The notes under the pieces were generated by a model. That model was not told where the DNA came from. It saw nothing but the letters and a program-made list of their open reading frames with translations, and made no database searches. Positions 24,413 to 34,383 of a stretch of 46,003 bases of DNA are shown here, in pieces. Both the position numbers and the translations under genes were made by a program. This stretch comes from a virus (taxonomy: Duplodnaviria; Heunggongvirae; Uroviricota; Caudoviricetes), in IMG/VR virus record IMGVR_UViG_2562617057_000011, positions 1 to 46,003 of that record, one strand, 5' to 3'. Each line of letters opens with the position of its first letter. Position 1 is the stretch's first letter.

Positions 24413-26312
24413 TATGATGGTGGCAGTCACTATCGCACTGCAGCCACTGGTCAGGGTATTGCCGGTGACGGCTGTAGAATGGGCCGATCAAAATTATTAC
24501 CTGCCTAAAGAATCGTCATACGGTGAGGGGGAATGGAAAACGCTGCCGTTTCAGGTCGCCATCATGAACTGCATGGGCAATGACGAGATTCGTACAGTTA
24601 ACCTGATTAAATCTGCCCGTGTTGGTTATACAAAAATGGTGCTTGGTGTGATCGGGTATTTTATTGAGCACAAATCCCGCAACACTCTTCTTTTTCAGCC
24701 GACGGACTCAGCTGCTGAAGATTTTATGAAGTCTCACGTGGAAGCAACAATTCGTGATGTTCCTTGCCTGAAAAAACTTTCTCCCTGGCTGGGCCGGAAA
24801 CACCGGGATAATACGCTCACACTGAAGCGTTTTTCCTCTGGTGTGGGGTTCTGGTGTTTGGGTGGTGCTGCTGCCAAAAACTACCGTGAAAAATCTGTCG
24901 ATGTGGTCTGCTATGACGAACTCTCCTCGTTTGAACCGGATGTGGAAAAAGAAGGTTCGCCAACACTGCTTGGCGATAAACGTATTGAAGGTTCGGTATG
25001 GCCAAAATCCATACGCGGTTCAACGCCAAAAATCAAAGGCTCCTGCCAGATTGAAAAAGCCGCGAATGAATCTGCACATTTCATGCGGTTTTATGTCCCT
25101 TGCCCTCATTGCGGGGAGGAGCAGTATCTGAAGTTTGGCGATGATGCGACGTCGTTTGGCCTGAAATGGGAGAAGGGTAAACCGGAAACGGTGTATTACC
25201 TGTGTGAACATAATGGCTGCGTGATCCGTCAGTCTGAACTTGATCAGACCGGGGGGCGCTGGATTTGTGACAATACCGGGATGTGGACGCGTGACGGTCT
25301 GACGTTTTTCAGTGCTTCGGGTAATGAAATTCCGCCGCCGCGCTCCATCACTTTCCATATATGGACGGCGTACAGTCCGTTCACCACCTGGGTACAGATA
25401 GTCTGTGACTGGCTGGATGCACTGAAAGATCCCAACGGCGTGAAAACTTTTGTGAACACCACGCTGGGCGAGACCTGGGAAGAGGCCGTGGGCGAAAAAC
25501 TCGATCACCAGGTACTGATGGATAAGGTTGTGCCTTACACGGCAACGGTGCCTGTCCGGGTGGTTTATCTGACGGCGGGCATTGACTCGCAGCGAAACCG
25601 TTTTGAGATGTATGTCTGGGGGTGGGCTCCGGGAGAGGAAGCCTTTCTGGTGGATAAAATCATCATCATGGGACGTCCTGATGAGGAAGAGACGCTGTTA
25701 CGTGTGGATGCGGCGATCAATAAAAAATACCGCCATGCAGACGGTACCGAAATGACCATTTCCCGTGTCTGCTGGGATATCGGGGGGATCGATGGCGAAA
25801 TCGTGTATCAGAGGTCAAAAAAACACGGTGTTTTCCGGGTACTGCCGGTAAAAGGTGCCTCTGTCTATGGCAAGCCGGTGATCACCATGCCGAAAACCCG
25901 CAATCAGCGGGGTGTGTATCTGTGTGAGGTGGGGACGGATACCGCAAAAGAAATTCTCTATGCCCGAATGAAGGCCGATCCCACCCCTGTGAATGAGGCC
26001 ACATCGTATGCCATCCGCTTTCCTGATAATCCGGAGATTTTTTCGCAGACAGAGGCACAACAACTGGTGGCGGAGGAACTGGTGGAAAAGTGGGAAAAAG
26101 GAAAGATGCGTCTGTTGTGGGATAACAAAAAGCGGCGTAACGAAGCGCTGGACTGCCTGGTGTATGCCTATGCGGCATTACGTGTGTCCGTGCAACGCTG
26201 GCAACTTGATCTGGCTGTGCTGGCGGCATCCCGCAAGGATGCAACTGCACAACCGACCCTTGAAGAACTGGCAGCGAAGCTGTCCGGAGGAGTGAATGGT
26301 TACAGTCGCTGA
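24384..26312 (+). CDS. A: terminase large subunit (gpA-like), 642 aa
   Basis: Extensive similarity to recalled lambda gpA (TAVEWAD.NYYLPKES, FMRF.V.CPHCGEEQYLKFGD, YLTAGIDSQ); start overlaps the end of Nu1. Confidence 0.95.
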   Translation: MNISEQQLSNMMVAVTIALQPLVRVLPVTAVEWADQNYYLPKESSYGEGEWKTLPFQVAIMNCMGNDEIRTVNLIKSARVGYTKMVLGVIGYFIEHKSRNTLLFQPTDSAAEDFMKSHVEATIRDVPCLKKLSPWLGRKHRDNTLTLKRFSSGVGFWCLGGAAAKNYREKSVDVVCYDELSSFEPDVEKEGSPTLLGDKRIEGSVWPKSIRGSTPKIKGSCQIEKAANESAHFMRFYVPCPHCGEEQYLKFGDDATSFGLKWEKGKPETVYYLCEHNGCVIRQSELDQTGGRWICDNTGMWTRDGLTFFSASGNEIPPPRSITFHIWTAYSPFTTWVQIVCDWLDALKDPNGVKTFVNTTLGETWEEAVGEKLDHQVLMDKVVPYTATVPVRVVYLTAGIDSQRNRFEMYVWGWAPGEEAFLVDKIIIMGRPDEEETLLRVDAAINKKYRHADGTEMTISRVCWDIGGIDGEIVYQRSKKHGVFRVLPVKGASVYGKPVITMPKTRNQRGVYLCEVGTDTAKEILYARMKADPTPVNEATSYAIRFPDNPEIFSQTEAQQLVAEELVEKWEKGKMRLLWDNKKRRNEALDCLVYAYAALRVSVQRWQLDLAVLAASRKDATAQPTLEELAAKLSGGVNGYSR

Positions 26313-26499
26313 ACTGCAGGCGCTGCGTCAGGCGCGCCTTGATTTATTAACCGGTAAACGGGTTGTGTCGGTACAGAAAGACGGTCGCAGGATCGAATAT
26401 ACGGCAGCGTCCCTGAATGAGCTTAACCGTGCGATCAACGATGCGGAGTCGGTTCTGGGTACGACCCGACGCCGCCGACCGCTGGGAGTGAGGTTATGA
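26296..26499 (+). CDS. W: head-tail joining protein gpW-like, 67 aa
   Basis: Matches recalled lambda gpW (LMTGKRV.TVQKDGRR.EFTA). Confidence 0.9.
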   Translation: MVTVAELQALRQARLDLLTGKRVVSVQKDGRRIEYTAASLNELNRAINDAESVLGTTRRRRPLGVRL

Positions 26500-28088
26500 A
26501 ACGAACGCCTGTCCTGATTGATGTGAACGGCGTTCCGCTTCGTGAGAGTCTCAGCTACAACGGAGGCGGCGCAGGATTTGGCGGGCAAATGGCAGAGTGG
26601 TTACCACCGGCGCAGAGTGCCGATGCGGCCCTGTTGCCTGCATTGCGTCTGGGGAATGCCCGGGCAGATGATCTGGTGCGCAATAACGGTATCGCGGCTA
26701 ATGCGGTGGCCCTGCATAAGGATCATATCGTCGGGCACATGTTTCTTATCAGCTACCGTCTGAACTGGCGTTGGCTGGGGATGCGGGAGACCACGGCAAA
26801 AAGTTTTGTCGGGGAGGTGGAAGCAGCCTGGTCGGAATACGCAGAAGGAATGTTTGGCGAGATCGACGTGGAAGGGAAACGCACGTTTACGGAATTTATC
26901 CGTGAAGGGGTGGGCGTGCATGCCTTTAACGGCGAAATCTTTGTGCAGCCGGTCTGGGATACGGAAACCACGCAGTTATTCCGTACGCGTTTTAAAGCCG
27001 TGAGTCCGAAACGGGTGGACACGCCAGGACACGGTATGGGGAACCACTTTCTGCGGGCCGGGGTTGAGGTCGATCGGTATGGGCGGGCGATTGCGTACCA
27101 TATCTGTGAGGATGATTTTCCGTTCTCTGGTGCCGGACGCTGGGAGCGGATCCCGCGTGAGCTTCCCACCGGGCGTCCGGCCATGCTGCATATTTTTGAG
27201 CCGGTGGAGGACGGGCAGACCCGTGGGGCTAATCAGTTTTACAGCGTAATGGAGCGGATGAAGATGCTGGATTCCCTGCAGGCCACGCAGCTTCAGTCGG
27301 CCATTGTGAAGGCGATGTATGCAGCCACAATCGAAAGCGAACTCGATACCGAAAAGGCCTTTGAATATATCGCCGGTGCGCCGCAGGGTCAGCAGGATAA
27401 TCCGCTTAACAATATGCTGCAGAAGTTCATCCGCTGGTATGACACGAATAACGTGACGCTGGGCGGTGTCAAAATTCCGCACCTTTTCCCGGGTGATGCG
27501 CTGAACCTGCAGACAGCGCAGGATTCAGACAATGGATTTTCGGCGCTTGAACAGGCGCTGCTGCGGTATATCGCCGCTGGTCTGGGGGTTTCCTACGAAC
27601 AGTTGTCCCGTGATTACTCGAAGGTCAGTTACTCAAGTGCCCGCGCCTCCGCCAATGAGTCGTGGCGCTATTTTATGGGGCGACGAAAATTTATCGCGGC
27701 CCGGCTGGCCACGCAGATGTTTTCCTGCTGGCTGGAAGAGGCACTTCTCCGGGGGATTATTCGTCCGCCACGGGCGCGTTTTGATTTTTATCAGGCGCGT
27801 TCAGCCTGGTCACGGGCAGAGTGGGTTGGTGCCGGAAGGATGGCCATTGACGGGCTCAAGGAGGTCCAGGAATCGGTGATGCGCATTGAGGCCGGACTGA
27901 GCACGTATGAGAAAGAGCTGGCGCTGATGGGTGAGGATTATCAGGACATTTTCCGCCAGCAGGTCAGGGAATCCGCAGAGCGGGAAAAAGCCGGACTCTC
28001 ACGTCCGGTGTGGATAGCGCAGGCGTATCAGCAGCAGATAGCGGAGAGCCGCAGGCCGGAAGAGGAGACAACACCACGTGAGACGTAA
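26496..28088 (+). CDS. B: portal protein (gpB-like), 530 aa
   Basis: Position and size as lambda B; ATGA overlap with W. Confidence 0.9.
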   Translation: MKRTPVLIDVNGVPLRESLSYNGGGAGFGGQMAEWLPPAQSADAALLPALRLGNARADDLVRNNGIAANAVALHKDHIVGHMFLISYRLNWRWLGMRETTAKSFVGEVEAAWSEYAEGMFGEIDVEGKRTFTEFIREGVGVHAFNGEIFVQPVWDTETTQLFRTRFKAVSPKRVDTPGHGMGNHFLRAGVEVDRYGRAIAYHICEDDFPFSGAGRWERIPRELPTGRPAMLHIFEPVEDGQTRGANQFYSVMERMKMLDSLQATQLQSAIVKAMYAATIESELDTEKAFEYIAGAPQGQQDNPLNNMLQKFIRWYDTNNVTLGGVKIPHLFPGDALNLQTAQDSDNGFSALEQALLRYIAAGLGVSYEQLSRDYSKVSYSSARASANESWRYFMGRRKFIAARLATQMFSCWLEEALLRGIIRPPRARFDFYQARSAWSRAEWVGAGRMAIDGLKEVQESVMRIEAGLSTYEKELALMGEDYQDIFRQQVRESAEREKAGLSRPVWIAQAYQQQIAESRRPEEETTPRET

Positions 28089-29583
28089 TCTTTCACACAT
28101 TATTGCCGCAGCATTCAATGAACCGCTGCTTCTGGAGCCCGCCTATGCGCGGGTTTTCTTTTGCGCGCTCGGGCGCGAGATGGGAGCAGCAAGTCTTTCG
28201 GTACCACAGCAGCAGGTACAGCTTGATGCTCCCGGAATGCTGGCTGAAACGGACGAGTACATGGCCGGAGGAAAACGACCGGCCCGTGTTTACCGGGTGG
28301 TGAACGGTATTGCTGTACTGCCGGTGACCGGCACGCTGGTGCACCGGCTGGGTGGTATGCGGCCATTTTCCGGAATGACAGGCTATGACGGCATTGTCGC
28401 CTGTCTTCAGCAGGCAATGGCGGATAGCCAGGTGCGGGGCGTACTGCTGGACATTGACAGTCCGGGCGGGCAGGCTGCCGGCGCGTTTGACTGCGCTGAC
28501 ATGATTTACCGCCTCCGTCAGCAGAAGCCGGTCTGGGCACTGTGCAATGACACGGCCTGTTCTGCAGCCATGCTGCTGGCGTCGGCCTGCTCCCGACGGC
28601 TGGTTACCCAGACATCCCGTATCGGCTCCATTGGCGTGATGATGAGCCATGTCAGCTATGCAGATCATCTGGCGCAGGCCGGTGTGGATATCACGCTGAT
28701 TTACGCCGGATCGCACAAGGTGGATGGCAATCACTTTGAAGCGTTGCCTGCAGAGGTGCGCCAGGACATGCAGCAGCGGATTGATGCGGCGCGCCGGATG
28801 TTTGCCGAAAAAGTGGCGATGTATACCGGTTTAACTGTGGATGCGGTTATGGGGACAGAGGCCGCCGTTTTTGAAGGTCAGACCGGTATTGAGGCCGGGC
28901 TGGCGGATGAATTAATCAATGCGTCGGATGCCATCAGCGTGATGGCCACGGCGCTGAACACACACGATACAGGAGGCACTATGCCGCAATTAACTGCAAC
29001 GGAGGCTGCCGCGCAGGAGAACCAGCGAGTGATGGGGATCCTGACGTGTCAGGAAGCGAAAGGACGTGAACAACTGGCCACGATGCTGGCAGGGCAACAG
29101 GGTATGAGCGTTGAGCAGGCCCGGGCGATTCTGGCCGTGGCGGCACCGCAACAATCTGGTGTATCTGCGCAGAGTGAAGCCGATCGCATTATGGCATGTG
29201 AAGAGGCGAAAGGACGTGAACAACTGGCGGCAACGCTGGCGGCGATGCCGGAGATGACGGTGGAAAAAGCCCGTCCGATTCTGGCTGCTTCACCGCAGGC
29301 GAATGCCGGACCCTCACTTCGTGATCAGATTATGGCCCTGGATGAGGCAAAAGGGGCAGAGGCGCAGGCTGAAAAACTGGCGGCCTGTCCGGGGATGACC
29401 GTGGAGAATGCCCGGGCTGTACTGGCGGCAGCCTCAGGCAGGGCAGAACCGGTTTCTGCATCCACAACCGCCATGTTTGAACATTTCATGGCGAACCATT
29501 CACCGGCAGCGGTACAGGGTGGCGTGCCACAGACGTCAGCAGACGGTGATGCGGACGTGAAAATGCTCATGGCCATGCCATGA
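28078..29583 (+). CDS. C: head maturation protease (S49/ClpP-like, gpC-like) with C-terminal scaffold-like repeats, 501 aa, GTG start
   Basis: S49 peptidase-like core; three tandem ~45-aa repeats (EAKGREQLA...) in the C-terminal third, resembling a fused C/Nu3 arrangement. Confidence 0.85.
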   Translation: MRRNLSHIIAAAFNEPLLLEPAYARVFFCALGREMGAASLSVPQQQVQLDAPGMLAETDEYMAGGKRPARVYRVVNGIAVLPVTGTLVHRLGGMRPFSGMTGYDGIVACLQQAMADSQVRGVLLDIDSPGGQAAGAFDCADMIYRLRQQKPVWALCNDTACSAAMLLASACSRRLVTQTSRIGSIGVMMSHVSYADHLAQAGVDITLIYAGSHKVDGNHFEALPAEVRQDMQQRIDAARRMFAEKVAMYTGLTVDAVMGTEAAVFEGQTGIEAGLADELINASDAISVMATALNTHDTGGTMPQLTATEAAAQENQRVMGILTCQEAKGREQLATMLAGQQGMSVEQARAILAVAAPQQSGVSAQSEADRIMACEEAKGREQLAATLAAMPEMTVEKARPILAASPQANAGPSLRDQIMALDEAKGAEAQAEKLAACPGMTVENARAVLAAASGRAEPVSASTTAMFEHFMANHSPAAVQGGVPQTSADGDADVKMLMAMP

Positions 29584-29619
29584 AGTCAGTGCTGACCATC
29601 AATATGAGGTTTTTACAAT

Positions 29620-29967
29620 ATGGTAACGAAAACCATCACTGAACAGCGTGCGGAAGTACGTATTTTTGCCGGTAATGATCCGGCCCATACCGCTACAGGC
29701 AGCAGCGGGATTTCCTCGGCAACACCGGCTCTGACGCCCCTGATGCTGGATGAGGATACCGGGAAACTGGTGGTCTGGGACGGACAGAAGGCAGGCCATG
29801 CGGTTGGCATACTGGTACTGCCGCTTGAAGGTACAGAGACGGTGCTGACGTATTACAAGTCGGGGACCTTTGCGACGGAGGCCATCCACTGGCCTGAGAG
29901 AGTGGATACACACAAAAAGGCGAATGCCTTTGCCGGCAGCGCCCTGAGTCACGCGGCGCTGCCGTAA
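29620..29967 (+). CDS. D: head decoration protein (gpD-like), 115 aa
   Basis: Matches recalled lambda gpD (DPAHTAT, TPLMLD, KLV.WDG, YKSGTF, AFAG). Confidence 0.9.
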   Translation: MVTKTITEQRAEVRIFAGNDPAHTATGSSGISSATPALTPLMLDEDTGKLVVWDGQKAGHAVGILVLPLEGTETVLTYYKSGTFATEAIHWPERVDTHKKANAFAGSALSHAALP

Positions 29968-30024
29968 CACGTTATCAGGTCACTGCGGTGGCCTGACTGA
30001 TTTCTGAATGAAAGGAACTGATTT

Positions 30025-31053
30025 ATGGGATTGTTTACGACCCGCCAGTTACTCGGTTATACCGAACAAAAAGTTAAATTTCGTGCGCTGTTTCTGGAGC
30101 TGTTTTTCCGCCGTACGGTGAATTTCCATACCGAAGAGGTAATGCTGGACAAAATTACCGGAAAAACGCCGGTGGCGGCCTATGTCTCCCCGGTTGTTGA
30201 AGGAAAGGTGTTGCGTCACCGTGGCGGTGAAACTCGTGTACTGCGCCCGGGCTACGTTAAGCCGAAACACGAATTTAATTACCAGCAGGCGGTGGAGCGT
30301 CTTCCCGGTGAAGATCCGGCCCAGCTGAACGACCCGGCTTACCGTCGCCTGCGTATCATCACCGATAACCTCAAACAGGAAGAGCACGCCATTGTCCAGG
30401 TGGAAGAGATGCAGGCGGTGAATGCCGTGCTGTATGGCAAATACACCATGGAAGGAGAGCAGTTTGAAACTGTTGAGGTCGATTTTGGCCGGTCGGTGGA
30501 AAATAACATTACGCAGGCAGGAGGGACGGAGTGGAGCGCTCAGGACCGCGATACCTTTGATCCGACGCATGATCTGGATGCGTACTGTGATTTTGCTTCC
30601 GGCACCATCAATATTGCCATTATGGATGGTAAGGTCTGGCGTCTGCTGAATGGCTTTAAGCTGTTCCGCGAAAAACTGGATACCCGTCGTGGCTCAAATT
30701 CACAGCTGGAAACGGCAGTGAAAGACCTGGGGGCGGTGGTGTCCTTCAAAGGGTATTATGGTGATCTGGCAATCGTGGTGGCAAAAACGTCCTATGTGGC
30801 AGAGGACGGTACCGAAAAACGTTATCTGCCGGACGGCACACTGGTACTGGGAAATACGGCCGCAGAGGGTATTCGTTGCTACGGTGCCATTCAGGATGCG
30901 CAGGCATTGTCTGAAGGCGTGGTGGCGTCTTCCCGTTATCCGAAACACTGGCTGACCGTGGGTGATCCGGCGCGTGAATTCACCATGACGCAGTCCGCGC
31001 CGCTGATGGTGCTGCCGGATCCGGATGAGTTTGTGGTGGTGCAGGTGAAATAA
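30025..31053 (+). CDS. E: major capsid protein (gpE-like), 342 aa
   Basis: Strong similarity to recalled lambda gpE across the length (GYVKPKHE, DPAYRR.RII, TRRGSNS.LETAVKDLG, DPAREFTM.QSAPLM). Confidence 0.95.
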   Translation: MGLFTTRQLLGYTEQKVKFRALFLELFFRRTVNFHTEEVMLDKITGKTPVAAYVSPVVEGKVLRHRGGETRVLRPGYVKPKHEFNYQQAVERLPGEDPAQLNDPAYRRLRIITDNLKQEEHAIVQVEEMQAVNAVLYGKYTMEGEQFETVEVDFGRSVENNITQAGGTEWSAQDRDTFDPTHDLDAYCDFASGTINIAIMDGKVWRLLNGFKLFREKLDTRRGSNSQLETAVKDLGAVVSFKGYYGDLAIVVAKTSYVAEDGTEKRYLPDGTLVLGNTAAEGIRCYGAIQDAQALSEGVVASSRYPKHWLTVGDPAREFTMTQSAPLMVLPDPDEFVVVQVK

Positions 31054-31104
31054 TCCGTGAGCGGGAGCTAAATGCTCCCGTTTTTCATTCAATCAGGAGC
31101 GGGT

Positions 31105-31491
31105 ATGGCTACGAAAGAAGAAAACCTGAAACGTCTTTGTGAGCTGGCTGAGAGGCTGGGGCGTGAACCGGATGTCTCCGGTAGTGCGGCAGATATTGCG
31201 CAGCGAGTGGCGGAACTGGAGGAAGAGCTTGGAGATGCGGGGGAGGTCGCAGAGCCGGATACGTACTCACCATCGAAAGATGATCCGACCGCGCATAAAG
31301 GCGAGTCAGTTCCTGAACAGCCAGGCATTGTTACCGGAGACGAAACGGGGCAGGTTACGGTGGTGGCACTGGCGACACTGCATACAAAATGTAATGGTTC
31401 AGTGATATTTGTTTCACCGGGAACGTCGTTTCGTGTTTCTGCTGAGGTGGCGGCCAGCATGGCGGCAGGTGGTCTGGCAAAAAGGCAGTAA
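31105..31491 (+). CDS. FI: DNA-packaging protein FI-like, 128 aa
   Basis: Matches recalled lambda FI (VTVVALA.LHT, PGT.FRVSA.VAA.MA..GLA). Confidence 0.85.
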   Translation: MATKEENLKRLCELAERLGREPDVSGSAADIAQRVAELEEELGDAGEVAEPDTYSPSKDDPTAHKGESVPEQPGIVTGDETGQVTVVALATLHTKCNGSVIFVSPGTSFRVSAEVAASMAAGGLAKRQ

Positions 31492-31502
31492 CAGGAGATG
31501 TC

Positions 31503-31880
31503 GTGGACGGTTTCGATAATCTGTTTGATGCTGCGCTTGCCGGTGTCAATGAAGTCATTCTCCGTGATATGGGGATCAGCGCCGTCATTACGTCCGGAGA
31601 ACTTGAGGGGACACACCTGACAGGGGTTTTTGATGATCCCGAAAGTATTTCTTTTGTTGCCGGGGGGATCCGGCTTGAGGATTCCTCACCGTGCCTGTTT
31701 GTGAAAACGGCAGATATATCGCAGTTACGCCGTCAGGATACGTTAACTATCGGGGATGATTCTTTCTTTGTGGATCGTATTACTCCGGATGACGGGGGAT
31801 GCTGTTATATCCGGTTAAGGCGGGGCAGTCCTGCCCCACAGAATAATGCCAGAATGAGGCGATATGATGAAGGGACTTGA
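31503..31880 (+). CDS. FII: head-tail connector protein FII-like, 125 aa, GTG start
   Basis: Matches recalled lambda FII (FDNLFDAA, GVFDDPE.IS, QLRR.DTLTIG, DR..PDDGG). Confidence 0.9.
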   Translation: MDGFDNLFDAALAGVNEVILRDMGISAVITSGELEGTHLTGVFDDPESISFVAGGIRLEDSSPCLFVKTADISQLRRQDTLTIGDDSFFVDRITPDDGGCCYIRLRRGSPAPQNNARMRRYDEGT

Positions 31881-32451
31881 GAATGCCATCCGCAATCTGA
31901 ACAGCCTCGATACCCGCATGGTGCCACAGGCCAGCGCATGGGCGGTAAACCGTGTGGCGGCAAAGATTATTTCTGTCGCCACACGGCAGGTTGCGCAGAA
32001 TACCGTTGCCGGGGATAACCAGGTGAAAGGTATTCCCCTGAAAACGGTCAGGGAGCGTGTCAGGCTGCTTAAAGCCAGCCCCTCAGGAAAAATGTATGCC
32101 CGCATGCGTGTTAACCGGGGTAACCTGCCCGCCATTAAGCTGGGTACCGCACAGGTCAGACTGGCCCGCTCCCGGCATGGCAGCAACTCACGTCATCGTG
32201 GCAGCGTACTGAAAGTGGGGAAATACCTTTTCCGGGATGCGTTTATTCAGCAACTGGCGAATGGTCGCTGGCATGTGATGCGGCGTATTGACGGCAAAAA
32301 TCGTTACCCCATTGATGTGGTGAAAATCCCGATGTCCGGACCGCTGACACAGGCATTTGAAGATGCCCGCGACCGCATCATTGCTGCGGAAATGCCGAAA
32401 CAGCTGGAGTATGCCCTGAAACAACAACTGAGGTTATGGCTGACCCGATGA
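31864..32451 (+). CDS. Z: tail completion protein gpZ-like, 195 aa
   Basis: Matches recalled lambda Z (QASAWAVNRVA, SVATRQVA..TVAGDN.VKGIPL, LANGRWHVM.R, RYPIDV.KIP). Confidence 0.9.
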   Translation: MMKGLENAIRNLNSLDTRMVPQASAWAVNRVAAKIISVATRQVAQNTVAGDNQVKGIPLKTVRERVRLLKASPSGKMYARMRVNRGNLPAIKLGTAQVRLARSRHGSNSRHRGSVLKVGKYLFRDAFIQQLANGRWHVMRRIDGKNRYPIDVVKIPMSGPLTQAFEDARDRIIAAEMPKQLEYALKQQLRLWLTR

Positions 32452-32849
32452 ACCGACATACACAGATCCGCCAGGTCGTACTGGCACGCCTTCGGGAACA
32501 GTGTGGAGACAGCGCCACGTTTTTTGACGGGCTTCCGGCATTTATTGATGCGCAGGAACTGCCTGCCGTGGCGGTGTGGCTGAGTGATGCTCAGTACACC
32601 GGAAAAATGACGGATGAAGATGACTGGCAGGCTGTTCTGCATATTGCCGTCTTCATCCGGGCACAGGCACCGGATTCAGAGCTGGATATGTGGATGGAGA
32701 GCACCATTTTCCCGGCCCTGAATGATGTACCTGCATTTTCCGGACTCATCGACACCCTGATCCCACTCGGTTTTAACTATCAACGTGATAATGAGATGGC
32801 CACCTGGGCGATGGCGGAAATCACGTACCAGATCACGTACACGAATTAA
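32436..32849 (+). CDS. U: tail terminator protein gpU-like, 137 aa
   Basis: Matches recalled lambda U (ATFFDG.PA, FPAVAV.L, PDSELD.WMES.I.P). Confidence 0.9.
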   Translation: MADPMNRHTQIRQVVLARLREQCGDSATFFDGLPAFIDAQELPAVAVWLSDAQYTGKMTDEDDWQAVLHIAVFIRAQAPDSELDMWMESTIFPALNDVPAFSGLIDTLIPLGFNYQRDNEMATWAMAEITYQITYTN

Positions 32850-32859
32850 GGAGGTGGCA

Positions 32860-33600
32860 ATGACCACACCAAATCCACTGGCAAAAACGAAAGGTGCGGG
32901 AACGACGTTCTGGATGTACACCGGCAAGGGCGATGCGTTTGCGAACCCTTTGTCGGACACTGACTGGCTGCGTCTTGCGATGGTGAAGGATCTGCAACCT
33001 GGCGAAATGACCGCTGATGCAGAAGATGACACTTATCTCGATGATGAAGATGCAGACTGGAAAACGACAACCCAGGGGCAGAAATCCGTTGGTGATACTT
33101 CGGCGACGCTGGCCTGGCGTCCGGGTGACAGCGGGCAGAAAAAACTGGTTCAGTTGTTCGACTCCGGTGAAGTCTGCGCGTTTCGTATCAAATATCCCAA
33201 CGGCACTGTTGATGTTTTCCGCGGCTGGCTGAGCTCACTGGGTAAAACCATTGCCTCAAAAGACGTGATGACCCGCACTGTGAAAATCAGCGGTGTGGGG
33301 CGTCCGTATCTGGCAGAGGAGGGCGCTGAAACCGTGGGCGTTACCGGGCTGACGGTGGCACCGGCATCTGCCAGTGTCAAAGCGGGAGCAACCACCACGC
33401 TGACCTTTACAGTAAAACCTGACGGGGCCAGTGACAAAGCGATCAGTGTGCATTCGTCAGATCCTCAGACTGCTTCGGTGACCCTGAGCGGGCTTGTGGC
33501 CACGGTGAAAGGCGTGAAGCAGGGCAGTGTCAGCATCGTGGGCATGACCTCTGACGGAGAGTTTGTGGCAGTGGCTGCGGTGACCGTCAGCGCACCATAA
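32860..33600 (+). CDS. V: major tail protein gpV-like with C-terminal Ig-like domain, 246 aa
   Basis: Matches recalled lambda V (KGAGTT.W.Y.G.GD..ANPLSD.DW, YLDDEDADW, NGTVDVFRGW.SS.GK); AAGGAGGTG Shine-Dalgarno. Confidence 0.95.
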   Translation: MTTPNPLAKTKGAGTTFWMYTGKGDAFANPLSDTDWLRLAMVKDLQPGEMTADAEDDTYLDDEDADWKTTTQGQKSVGDTSATLAWRPGDSGQKKLVQLFDSGEVCAFRIKYPNGTVDVFRGWLSSLGKTIASKDVMTRTVKISGVGRPYLAEEGAETVGVTGLTVAPASASVKAGATTTLTFTVKPDGASDKAISVHSSDPQTASVTLSGLVATVKGVKQGSVSIVGMTSDGEFVAVAAVTVSAP

Positions 33601-33620
33601 CAGGACGATACTCATCATTG

Positions 33621-33643
33621 CCCCGGTTATCCGGGGCTTTTTG
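33621..33643 (+). terminator. intrinsic terminator / attenuator between V and G
   Basis: CCCCGG-TTAT-CCGGGG hairpin followed by CTTTTTG. Confidence 0.55.
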
Positions 33644-33655
33644 CATCCGGAGAAC

Positions 33656-34045
33656 ATGATGTTTCTGAAACAGGATACGTTTAATTATGAAAAACAGTCC
33701 GTGGTGCTCAGTGAGCTGTCCGGGCTGCAGAGAATTGAATATCTGACGTTTGTTCAGCAGCGAACGGCAAAGTTTGATGCACAGGAGGGAGAACTGCCGG
33801 AGGCTGAACGACAGATTGCTTTTCTGCGTATGGGAATGGATATCAATGCCTGGCTGGTTTCCCGCTCACTGTGGAATGCTGAGCAGTCTCAGGATGTTGA
33901 GACGCTTTGCGCATCCATTATGACAACATGGTCGTATGATGCGCTGGGCGCGGGGGCGGAGAGGGTTCTGTCGCTGAGCGGTATGGGGACCATTGAGAAT
34001 GCCGGGGATGATGATCATGAGGCGCTGACGCCGGAAAAGTCCTGA
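33656..34045 (+). CDS. G: tail assembly chaperone gpG-like, 129 aa
   Basis: Position and similarity to recalled lambda G (LSEL..LQRIE.L); followed by an overlapping T-like frame. Confidence 0.85.
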   Translation: MMFLKQDTFNYEKQSVVLSELSGLQRIEYLTFVQQRTAKFDAQEGELPEAERQIAFLRMGMDINAWLVSRSLWNAEQSQDVETLCASIMTTWSYDALGAGAERVLSLSGMGTIENAGDDDHEALTPEKS

Positions 34046-34053
34046 CGCGGGAA

Positions 34054-34383
34054 ATGCAGTTTGTCATGCGGCTTGCCCGGGAGTTCCGGCGGGCAGACTG
34101 GCGGCGGATGCTGTCGGAAATGTCGGCCACTGAGCTTGGTGAGTGGGGCGATTATTTCCGGATGCAGAGCTTCAGTGATGTGTGGATGGATGCGCAGTTT
34201 GCCTCGCTGAAGGCATTGATCGTGAGAATGGTGTCCGGCAGCAGCGATGCTGCGGTGGCTGATTTCAGCCTTTTACCGGAAGAGAACGGGATACCGGAGC
34301 GAACGGACGAAGAACTGATGCATCTTGGGGAAGGTATTTCCGGAGGTGTGCGTTATGGACCAGATAGCCAACCTGGTCATTGA
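34054..34383 (+). CDS. T: tail assembly protein T-like frame, probably made as a G-T fusion by -1 frameshift
   Basis: ORF in the -1 frame relative to G, open upstream through the G stop region; lambda-like organisation. Confidence 0.75.
   Translation: MQFVMRLAREFRRADWRRMLSEMSATELGEWGDYFRMQSFSDVWMDAQFASLKALIVRMVSGSSDAAVADFSLLPEENGIPERTDEELMHLGEGISGGVRYGPDSQPGH

Noticed and set aside
28093-28734. 213-aa and 141-aa minus-strand ORFs
   Set aside because: Antisense to the head protease gene; no start signals.
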